A stretch of 64,000 bases of DNA. It comes from Oscillospiraceae bacterium (GTDB lineage: Bacteria > Bacillota > Clostridia > Oscillospirales > Acutalibacteraceae). Position 1 is the stretch's first letter. Every line of letters begins with the position of its first letter. The DNA is taken from positions 672,420 through 736,419 of the forward strand of contig JBKEEO010000002.1 in assembly GCA_047777415.1 (NCBI GenBank), read 5' to 3'. Below are positions 1 to 7,838 of the stretch, one piece after another. The notes under the pieces are model-generated. The model had not been told where the DNA came from. It made no database searches and saw only the letters and a program-made list of their open reading frames with translations. The position numbers and the translations under genes were made by a program.

Positions 1-937
1 ATTCAATTTTATCGCTGTTCTCTAAAAATTCAGCAACAGCCAAGGCATTGGAGCAATGGCGCTGAACACGAAGTGCAAGCGTTTCCAAACCTAAATTCAA
101 CAAAAAGGCATTCATGGGTGAGGACTGCGCACCAAGGTCGCGCATTAAATGCACACGTGCTTTTACAATATAGGCACTGTTGCCGAAATCTTTGGTATAG
201 ACTGTTCCATGATAAGATTCATCCGGTTCAGTCAGCATCGGAAACTTTCCGTTATTCCAGTCGAATTTACCGCTGTCTACAATGACACCGCCAACTTGTA
301 CCGCGTGCCCATCCATATATTTTGTGGTTGAATGTACCACAATATCTGCTCCGAATTCAAACGGGCGGCAGTTTACCGGTGTTGGGAAAGTGTTATCCAC
401 AATCAGCGGAACACCGTGCGCATGTGCTGTTTTCGCAAACAATTCCAAATCCGTCACAACAAGTGCCGGATTGGACAAAGTTTCCGCAAACACACAGCGT
501 GTATTCTCGCGAAATGCTGCATTGAGTTCCTCTTCCGAGCAATCTGCCGAAACAAAAGTACATTCAATGCCCATTTCTCGCATCGTCTTGTTAAACAAAT
601 TGAATGTTCCGCCATAAATTGCGCTGGACGCAACCAAATGATCCCCTGCGCGGCAGATATTCAGAACGGCAATCAAAGAAGCAGCCTGCCCCGCGGAAGT
701 TAACAGCGCTCCAACCCCGCCTTCTAAAGCGGCAATTTTCTTTTCAACCACGTCAACAGTTGGATTGCCGATTCTGGAGTAAAAGAAACCGTCCGCTTTC
801 AGGTCAAAAAGTTCTCCCAGTGTCTGTGCACTGTCGTATTTAAAAGTTGTGCTTTGTACAATCGGGGTGACACGAGGTTCTCCATTTTTGGGCTCGTATC
901 CTGCATGGATACATGCTGTATCTATATGATATGGCAT
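1..937 (-). CDS. metY: O-acetylhomoserine aminocarboxypropyltransferase / Cys-Met metabolism PLP enzyme (3' end runs off the window)
   Basis: Manual translation from ATG at 937: MPYHIDTACIHAGYEPKNGEPRVTPIVQSTTF...YSRIGNPT...HSTTKYMDGHA (PLP-lysine motif). Absent from the ORF track because there is no stop in the window. Confidence 0.85.
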   Translation of the reverse strand, partial: MPYHIDTACIHAGYEPKNGEPRVTPIVQSTTFKYDSAQTLGELFDLKADGFFYSRIGNPTVDVVEKKIAALEGGVGALLTSAGQAASLIAVLNICRAGDHLVASSAIYGGTFNLFNKTMREMGIECTFVSADCSEEELNAAFRENTRCVFAETLSNPALVVTDLELFAKTAHAHGVPLIVDNTFPTPVNCRPFEFGADIVVHSTTKYMDGHAVQVGGVIVDSGKFDWNNGKFPMLTEPDESYHGTVYTKDFGNSAYIVKARVHLMRDLGAQSSPMNAFLLNLGLETLALRVQRHCSNALAVAEFLENSDKIE

Positions 938-970
938 AAAACAAACTCCTTTTTAAACTTTAGATTGATT

Positions 971-1477
971 CTATATAAAAATTGATTTTAAAAAATTAAC
1001 AAATTGATCCGTAAGATTGACAACAACAGTAACTAACCCAAGAAACAGAATAGCGGTCATAATTCGAATAAAGGCCTGTTTAGCATGATTCTTATTTGAC
1101 TCCTGTTTGTCCTTATTTTTGTCAATCCCCGAAATACTGTTGTTTTCGCCCGGTACCCCAATTTCCTGCAAAATTTCCTTGCAGCGCTCCACTGCTTGGA
1201 ACGGTACGAAGATACGATAGTTTGAATATGGCACTTTCCCGTACAGAATGGAAGGTGGCGCACCGAGCCCACACATTCGTTCTTCATGTGGGATCCCATT
1301 TTCATCCAATGCGACACATATTCTGTCACGATCGGACTCATTTGCCGTATAAAACAAAACAGGGTCATTGTGCCCTACCTCGCGCAGTTTTTTCGCTCCG
1401 CAGGAAGGGCACACTTTCCCTGTGTGAACTAACATCTGACAATTTGAACAGTAAAGCATTGCAGGTTTCACTTCCAT
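971..1477 (-). CDS. Hypothetical membrane protein: N-terminal zinc ribbon (CxxC..CxxC), DUF2007-like middle, C-terminal TM helix
   Basis: 168 aa ORF with CSNC/CPSC and a hydrophobic C-terminus; the start may be MLYCSNC at 1459; candidate promoter directly upstream. Confidence 0.7.
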   Translation of the reverse strand: MEVKPAMLYCSNCQMLVHTGKVCPSCGAKKLREVGHNDPVLFYTANESDRDRICVALDENGIPHEERMCGLGAPPSILYGKVPYSNYRIFVPFQAVERCKEILQEIGVPGENNSISGIDKNKDKQESNKNHAKQAFIRIMTAILFLGLVTVVVNLTDQFVNFLKSIFI

Positions 1478-1486
1478 TCTTTTAAT

Positions 1487-1515
1487 ATGATAACAAGTTT
1501 TGATTTTATTTTCAA
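1487..1515 (-). promoter_or_regulatory. sigmaA-type promoter
   Basis: Minus strand TTGAAA-17 bp-TATCAT with a TG extended -10. Confidence 0.55.
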
Positions 1516-1532
1516 GTTATACTTTTATATTT

Positions 1533-2105
1533 CTATCGCCAAACGGGCTGCAGTTGTTTTCCTTCTAACGCCGCAAGGGCTGTTGGGAGAATCAGGCTGA
1601 AATCTGCTACAGCAGAATGCGGTTTTTTTTCAGGATTATCCTGCCGCATGGGCACAAAATAAATATCCTTTACATTCATCAGTCTGCCAAGATTCTGTGC
1701 GGAGGCCGCCAAGGCATCATTAGTTGCAGGAGCCAATACAACCGGAATACCGATTCTCAAACAGGATTTTACAGCCATTGTCACTGCTGTATCTGTAATG
1801 CCGTTTGCAAGTTTGGCAAGCGTATTACCCGTACAGGGTGCGACTATCATCAAGTCAACAAGTTTCTTCGGTCCAATTGGTTCGGAACCCACAATGTTGG
1901 TAATCACATCCCGACCGCAAATATCGCTGACTTGCCAGATGAAATCTTTTGCACGGCCGAAGCGGGTATCTGTGGAAGATGCGTTTTCCGACATAATCGG
2001 CAGTAGACGATACCCTTTCTTCGCAATTTTTCTCATTTCATCCAGTACTTTATCAAATGTGCAAAAGGATCCGCACATGGCGAATCCGAAAGTAATCTCA
2101 TTCAA
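1533..2105 (-). CDS. dpaB: Dipicolinate synthase subunit B
   Basis: GFAMCGSFCTF, APCTGNTLAKLA, KPHSAVADF motifs; overlaps the dpaA stop. Confidence 0.93.
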   Translation of the reverse strand: MNEITFGFAMCGSFCTFDKVLDEMRKIAKKGYRLLPIMSENASSTDTRFGRAKDFIWQVSDICGRDVITNIVGSEPIGPKKLVDLMIVAPCTGNTLAKLANGITDTAVTMAVKSCLRIGIPVVLAPATNDALAASAQNLGRLMNVKDIYFVPMRQDNPEKKPHSAVADFSLILPTALAALEGKQLQPVWR

Positions 2106-2970
2106 AACCGTGTCCCTCCTTCAAAATATTGAAAATGGTTTCTTTGATGATTTCTCCCGCCGCCTTTGGTGCCACTTTTCCGGGCAGGGACAAAGCCTGA
2201 ATAACACGAATTCCAAATTCATCCGCAGCCTGTAGATCTACACCGCCGGGCAGTGATGCAAGATCAATAAGAAGTGGACGGTACTGCATTTTTCTCAGCA
2301 CAGAGTGGCTAAACACCTGCCTTGGAATCGTGTTAAAGATGATATCGTACTCTCCCTCACCCACATGTTCAGTTAAAACGGCAGAGTAACCATAGGAGCA
2401 AATCCATGCTAGGTCCGCTTGCTTTCTTGCGCTGACCGTCACCATTGCGCCGATGCCGCGCAACATCCATGCAAGCACTTTCCCGATTCGGCCGAATCCC
2501 GCAACCAAGCATCGGCTGCCGTTTAATGTGCCGGGATATTCTTGTATTGCAATTCCGATTGCCCCTTCCGCGGTTGGAACCGCATTTTTGACGGCAAATT
2601 CCTCTCTTAAGCTGAAATCATGGGTATTGATACAATCCCACAGCCTGCTTGTCTGAAAAAGCTTCTCCATTTTTCCGCCGAACACCTGTTTGTCACGCAG
2701 TAATTTGGCAAAATCGTCATTCAGAATAACCTGCTCTTTGCTGTAATCCATTTTCAGATGAATTCCGTCCGATGTAACCGGCAAGGGCAAAATGATGTTT
2801 TTATGATTCCTGACTGTTTCGGTTAATCCGGATTTTATGATGCCGCTTGAAAAGCTGACATTGTCAAAACCATAAACAGATACTGAATATCCATCTGCAG
2901 CTATGGATTCCGCCATGGCGATTTGGCGCCTGTCTCCACCCAATACGCCGAAGCTGCCGCCGTTTTGCAT
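2098..2970 (-). CDS. dpaA: Dipicolinate synthase subunit A (SpoVFA)
   Basis: GVLGGDRRQ, NAVPTAEGAI, GFGRIG, DLASLPGGVD, LSLPGKVAP; start reassigned to ATG 2970 behind SD GGAGGG. Confidence 0.92.
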   Translation of the reverse strand: MQNGGSFGVLGGDRRQIAMAESIAADGYSVSVYGFDNVSFSSGIIKSGLTETVRNHKNIILPLPVTSDGIHLKMDYSKEQVILNDDFAKLLRDKQVFGGKMEKLFQTSRLWDCINTHDFSLREEFAVKNAVPTAEGAIGIAIQEYPGTLNGSRCLVAGFGRIGKVLAWMLRGIGAMVTVSARKQADLAWICSYGYSAVLTEHVGEGEYDIIFNTIPRQVFSHSVLRKMQYRPLLIDLASLPGGVDLQAADEFGIRVIQALSLPGKVAPKAAGEIIKETIFNILKEGHGFE

Positions 2971-2998
2971 GAATAATCCCTCCATGATTGGTCTTTTA

Positions 2999-3027
2999 CA
3001 TATTATGGAAGGCTCCGATTGTGTGTG
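2999..3027 (-). promoter_or_regulatory. sigmaK-like sporulation promoter for dpaAB
   Basis: Minus strand CACA-16 bp-CATAATAT matches the sigmaK consensus (AC..CATA---T); spoVF is sigmaK-dependent in B. subtilis. Confidence 0.55.
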
Positions 3028-3156
3028 ATTCTCAAGAAGTAATATAAAACTGTATTTTCTGTTGCATATATTCAAAAAGATGATTATTATAAATATGTTT
3101 GGCAATATATTTATTTAAGCGATATTTTTTTATTAAATGGTAAGGAGTATTTACAA

Positions 3157-4548
3157 ATGAACGATATTGATATCCTGTCAAAGGTAAAGAAGATACATTT
3201 TGTTGGCATCGGCGGTTCCGGCATGTGTCCAATTGCTGAAATCTTGCTTCGCAGAGGATATAAGCTAACCGGATCCGATATTAATGAGTCCGATACGCTT
3301 GAGAGGGTTCGCTCTCATGGAATTCCGGTTTTTATGGAACAGAAAGCTGAAAATATTGACGGAGCAGAACTGGTGGTTTATTCTGCCGCCGTAAAGCAAG
3401 ATAATCCTGAACTTGTGGCTGCACGGGAAAAGAAGATTCCAACGGTGGAACGCTCCGTCATGCTAGGAATGGTAGCACGCCATTATAAAAATACTGTTGC
3501 AGTTTCCGGAACGCACGGCAAAACAACAACAACCGCTATGATTACTCAGATTTTGCTGGGAGCCGGAAAAGACCCTTCCGCTGTCATTGGCGGTAAATTG
3601 CCGTTAATCGGCGGAAACGGCCGTGCTGGACATTCTGATACCATGGTATGTGAAGCCTGCGAATACGTCGACACGTTTTTGCAGCTGTATCCATCCGTTT
3701 CCGTTATTTTGAATATCGACAACGACCACCTTGACTATTTCGGCACCGTGGAAAATATCATCCGCTCCTTCCATCAATTTGCCAAGCAGACGTCCCGTTT
3801 AATTATTGTGAACGGCGATAACGAAAACGCCAAAAAAGCTGTCGATAATATCAATGGCCCGAAAATAGTTACTTACGGCTTTCACAAAGATAATGATTAT
3901 TACGCTGACGACATCTGCGACACCGTACGTGCACGCGAAAAATTCAACGTATATCGCCATGGTGAAAAAGTAGCAGAAATTAATCTGAGCGTGCCGGGCA
4001 AACACAACATCTACAATGCTCTTGCCGCTTTCGCCGTTGCAGATTCTTTCAATATTGCTCCCGATATCATTGCCGAGAATTTGCATCGGTTCACCGGAGT
4101 GCACCGCCGTTTTGAACTTCTGGGTGAATTTAATGGAATTACAATAGCGGACGATTTTGCACATCATCCAACCGAGATAGCTGCCACGCTTACCGCGGCA
4201 AAACAAATGGGTTTTTCTCGCGTTTGGGCGGTGTTTCAGCCGCATACGTATTCCAGAACATTTAATCTGCTCAATGATTTTGCGAAAGTGCTGCAGATTG
4301 CAGACAAAGTTGTGCTTTCCGAAATTTTGGCGGTGCGTGAAACAAACACCTACAATATCTATGCTAAAGATCTGGCCGATAAAATTCCCGGCTGTGTCTG
4401 GTTTAAAACCTTTGATGAAATTGCAGCGTATGTAACGGCTCACGCTCAAGACGGTGATTTAATTTTGACCCTCGGCGGCGGCGACGTTTACAAATGTGCC
4501 AATTTAATCGTTCAAAAATACCGTCGGCAAGAGAAAAATGCCAACTGA
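3157..4548 (+). CDS. murC: UDP-N-acetylmuramate--L-alanine ligase
   Basis: IHFVGIGGSGM, GTHGKTTTT, EACEY, DDFAHHPTEI, FQPHTYSRT; SD AAGGAG. Confidence 0.95.
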   Translation: MNDIDILSKVKKIHFVGIGGSGMCPIAEILLRRGYKLTGSDINESDTLERVRSHGIPVFMEQKAENIDGAELVVYSAAVKQDNPELVAAREKKIPTVERSVMLGMVARHYKNTVAVSGTHGKTTTTAMITQILLGAGKDPSAVIGGKLPLIGGNGRAGHSDTMVCEACEYVDTFLQLYPSVSVILNIDNDHLDYFGTVENIIRSFHQFAKQTSRLIIVNGDNENAKKAVDNINGPKIVTYGFHKDNDYYADDICDTVRAREKFNVYRHGEKVAEINLSVPGKHNIYNALAAFAVADSFNIAPDIIAENLHRFTGVHRRFELLGEFNGITIADDFAHHPTEIAATLTAAKQMGFSRVWAVFQPHTYSRTFNLLNDFAKVLQIADKVVLSEILAVRETNTYNIYAKDLADKIPGCVWFKTFDEIAAYVTAHAQDGDLILTLGGGDVYKCANLIVQKYRRQEKNAN

Positions 4549-4573
4549 CATTTCTGCCTTAACTGCATAAAAA

Positions 4574-4600
4574 AGATGGAATCCTTTTTTGATTCCATCT
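4574..4600. repeat. Left copy of a 27 bp target-site duplication, equal to the murC/uvrA terminator hairpin
   Basis: AGATGGAATC-CTTTTTT-GATTCCATCT, repeated with one mismatch at 10065-10091. Confidence 0.9.
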
Positions 4601-4781
4601 CAGATTGTCGAATAACCCATCCAACGCATTAAGCGAAGGATGGGTTATAGTTTTGCAGAAAGCAAAAAAGCAATGAAACATCCAAAAGTAAAGTGGAAGG
4701 ACGAGATAGGGGCCTGCGGACATTTTATTGGATTATATGGCTAATCCTATTCTGATTCTATATTCTGCTGGACTTAAATTC

Positions 4782-6111
4782 GATAGAGTACAATAAAGTT
4801 CGCAATTTCATAAAAGCATAGAAAAGTCTTGGGACTCCAATAAAATGAATGGCGATAAGACATTCAAAGAAGGAGAGATACCCAATGACTCACAAAAAGG
4901 ATACCACAGATTTGACAGAATTGCTACTAAAATGTATGGCGCAGCCGGATCCAATGCTGTCGATGCTGGAATGGCTGTGTACCCGTCTAATGGAAGCAGA
5001 GGTCTCCGGTATTATTGGCGCAGAAAAGAATGCACACAATCCATCCCGCCGTGATTACCGCTGCGGCTATCGGCCGCGTCGATTGGATACTCGTATGGGG
5101 ACGATGTATCTGATGGTACCAAAACTCCGAAATCAGGGCTATATCCCGTTTTTCGTAACAGAACGCAAGCGCAGTGAAGCAGCGCTGATTCAAGTGGTTC
5201 AAGAAGCGTTTGTGCAGGGTGTATCTACGCGAAAGATGGAGAAACTAGCTCGCAGTCTTGGAATTGAAAATCTTTCTCGCAGTCAAGTCAGTGAAATGAC
5301 GAAAGGTCTTAACGAGCAGGTACAGTACTTCCGCAGCCGGCCTCTGACGGGTCGCTATCCTGTCATTTGGACAGATGCACTGTATGAAAAAATTCGTATG
5401 GATGGCCGGGTCGTCAGCATGGCTGTGATGGTAGTTTGCGGCGTCAATGAACAGGGACATAGGGATATCATTGCTGTAGAGCCAATGCTGGATGAATCTA
5501 AAGAAAGTTATTCTCAATTTTTCAAAGTCTTCTAGATCGTGGTCTGAAAACACCGCTCCTGGTGGTTTCAGACGCGAATAAAGGGCTGATTGCAGCCGTC
5601 CGTGAGAGTTTTCCGGGAGCCTCTTGGCAACGGTGCAAAGTCCATTTTATGCGAAATATTTTGGCTCATGTACCCCAGAAGGAAAAAGAATCCTTTGCGG
5701 CTCAGTTAAAAGAAATTTGGTTAGCACCTTCCGCTAAAATAGCTAGACAACGCGCAGAGCAAATATCAGAACAGTATGGAAAACGCTTTCCAAAAGCAAT
5801 TGAGCTTCTGCAAGATGGGCTGGAAGATTCTCTAGCTTTCTACGCCTTTCCGGAACTCGACGCCCGCAAAATTTCCTCGACCAATATGTTGGAACGACTG
5901 AACAAGGAAATCCGCCGCAGAACCAGTGTAGTCGGAATATTTCCTAATCCGGATTCCTACCTACGGCTGGTAACAACATGTCTCATGGAATATGCGGAGG
6001 ACTGGTCTGTTTCCAGAGCATACTTAAACCCGAAATCCATTCTTTCACTGTTAAACGTAGCCTAATTCATTTTTCGGAGTCCCGAAATTGCGAACTTCCC
6101 TTGACACTAGG
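4782..6111 (+). mobile_element. IS256-family element, 1330 bp
   Basis: 8 bp TSD TTAAATTC at 4774-4781 and 6112-6119; IR core AAGTTCGCAATTTC at both ends. Confidence 0.88.
4885..6065 (+). pseudogene. IS256-family transposase, frameshifted near 5523
   Basis: GYRPRRLDTRMG, GVSTRK, WTDALYEK, QRCKVHFMRN, STNMLERLNKEIRRR; adding one C at TTC(C)AAAGT joins the two ORFs. Confidence 0.88.
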
Positions 6112-7497
6112 TTAAATTCCAAGAGATATTTTGATTCTCATATCCCGATACCATACCATGTAAGTTTCATCTGCTGCATAAAATCCTCTACTGTGATACC
6201 TTGCCAAGAACGGCCGCAGAACATCTCATTCTTCATTCTTCCCAAGAAAACTTCACAGGCTGAATTGTCCGGTGAGCACCCCTTCTGAGACATTGACCTG
6301 ATCAATCCTGCCTTCCGGGTTCGATCTATCCAGCTTGGCCATCGGTAGTGACAGCCTCGATCTGAATGAATAATCAGTCAGCCACTTCTGATTTGGCTTG
6401 TCAGCTCTGAAATTTCTCTGAATAACATTTGGTACTTCAGGGCTAATTTCCCCTTTGTAAGAGCAGTATTTCCTTGCTCTTCTGCCTTTCACAACCAAGC
6501 CATTTTCACGCATAATTTGACGTATCACCTTTTCGGATAGGGTATAGCCCTCTCGGTTCAATACTATTTTAATCCTACGATATCCATATCTTTCCTTATT
6601 GTTATGGAATATGGTCGCAACAGCTTGATAATCATCTTTATGCTTCTTTGCAAAACTGACACGTTTGTTTTGATAGTAATAGCTGCTCTTGGCCAGTTTG
6701 AGCTTTTTTATCAATACAGACAGTGGATACTTCTTTTTTAGGGCATCAACAATCACTGCCTTCTCCCTGTTGTTCAAGGGACTCTTGTTGACGCCGGGGT
6801 CTTTTTTTAGCACATCAATTGTTTTTTCAGAATGTCAATTTCTAACTGCATATCTTGTTACCGATTTCGTTTCTGCATAAACTTCCAGGGCTTTGCGATA
6901 TTGTTCCTCTGAATACATCCTCTATCTCCTTCCTGAGTGTATTTAGTCCAACTTTTTGTCCGCACCCCCCTATCACGAAGTGCTGCCAAAGGTTGTGTAT
7001 CTTAATAGAAAAATGAAGGTTGAAAAAGAATGGACGGCGTACTTAACGGTACTTTCAGAAATTGTAACAAAGGGCTACAAAATAGGGGCTTAATGCTCTG
7101 GAGGAATGGCTGGTGGACAGTGAGTTGGGAATATAGATTAAGGAAGGATGTAGGCGTTAAGGAAGGAATGCGAAATTCGTTGCTCATAATCCTTTTGCAT
7201 AAATTTGATTCCTTACCTGACAATCTATACTTTGCTATTACAAATTAACAAAATGAGAATATTTTAATGGAGTGGCTTAGGAAGGTTTCAGGTATCAATT
7301 CCATAGACGAACTAGAGAAAATGGTGTTTAGTAGAAATTGAATAAATCCTCCTTTACCCTTATTGCCCTTAAACCTCCTATTCCCTAAATCCCTATAATA
7401 TTATGTATATTAGTTGAGATGAGGAAAGGCAGATATTTCAAGGAATTGAAAGTGTTTTAAGGCGACAAAAATTTTAGCAAACTTTATAAATTTGGAC

Positions 7498-7526
7498 TAG
7501 ACAAATTTTTTTGTGCGCGCTATAAT
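7498..7526 (+). promoter_or_regulatory. sigmaA-type promoter of the cargo gene
   Basis: TAGACA-17 bp-TATAAT. Confidence 0.65.
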
Positions 7527-7564
7527 TATCTTATAAATTTATATTACACAGGGGATGATTATCA

Positions 7565-7765
7565 ATGAAAAAGAAAATAAATATTATACTTAATATAGTA
7601 ATACCGACCGCAGTTGCATATATAGTATTTTTCTTGCTTTACTATTTATTCGAAAAAACATTTTTCGAATACAGATGGCTGGGAATAATACCGTTTCTGA
7701 TAGTCACAGGGTTTATTATTTTAGAAAATAGAAAAGAGTGGAAGATGTTAAAGCAACAGAGATAA
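7565..7765 (+). CDS. Small two-TM membrane protein (66 aa), function unknown
   Basis: Own promoter, SD-like AGGGG, two hydrophobic stretches, basic termini, terminator hairpin over the stop. Confidence 0.7.
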   Translation: MKKKINIILNIVIPTAVAYIVFFLLYYLFEKTFFEYRWLGIIPFLIVTGFIILENRKEWKMLKQQR

Positions 7766-7783
7766 GGGAAACCTTATCTCTGT
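7756..7783 (+). terminator. Terminator hairpin of the cargo gene; U-tract replaced by an IS1182 end
   Basis: ACAGAGATAAGG-GAAA-CCTTATCTCTGT, a perfect 12 bp stem; the IS end starts at the next base. Confidence 0.75.
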
Positions 7784-7838
7784 CAGATTGTCGAATAACC
7801 CATCCAACGCATTAAGCGAAGGATGGGTTATTTTTGCA

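Larger units (their letters stand above)
4733..6918 (-). pseudogene. IS3-family transposase pseudogene (two internal deletions, frameshifts, IS256 insertion)
   Basis: Fragments MYSEEQYRKALEVY, YGYRRI, PNQKWLTD, then IIHSDRGCHY, CSPDNSACE, LSPAEYR in shifted frames. Confidence 0.88.
4705..6974 (-). mobile_element. Degenerate IS3-family element (about 930 bp net of the IS256 inserted in it)
   Basis: IRs GATAGGGGCCTGCGGACATTTTATTGGA / GATAGGGGGGTGCGGACAAAAAGTTGGA; ACGA at 4701-4704 and 6975-6978 (boundary ambiguous by 1 bp). Confidence 0.85.

Noticed and set aside
73-843. Plus-strand ORFs of 60-123 aa, and the many similar short ORFs throughout the track
   Set aside because: They are antisense or alternate-frame shadows of well-supported genes (here metY), with no SD or recognisable motifs.
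2971-3105. N-terminal extensions in the ORF track (dpaA, radC, hisA, hisE, ABC-F, yqeK, rdgB, rnc, dprA, TrmH)
   Set aside because: They overlap neighbours or promoters; downstream starts have proper SD sequences and family-typical N-termini.
4721-4847. 12 bp inverted match CATTTTATTGGA / TCCAATAAAATG between the IS3 end and the IS256 left region
   Set aside because: The two halves belong to unrelated elements and are AT-rich; chance is the simplest explanation.
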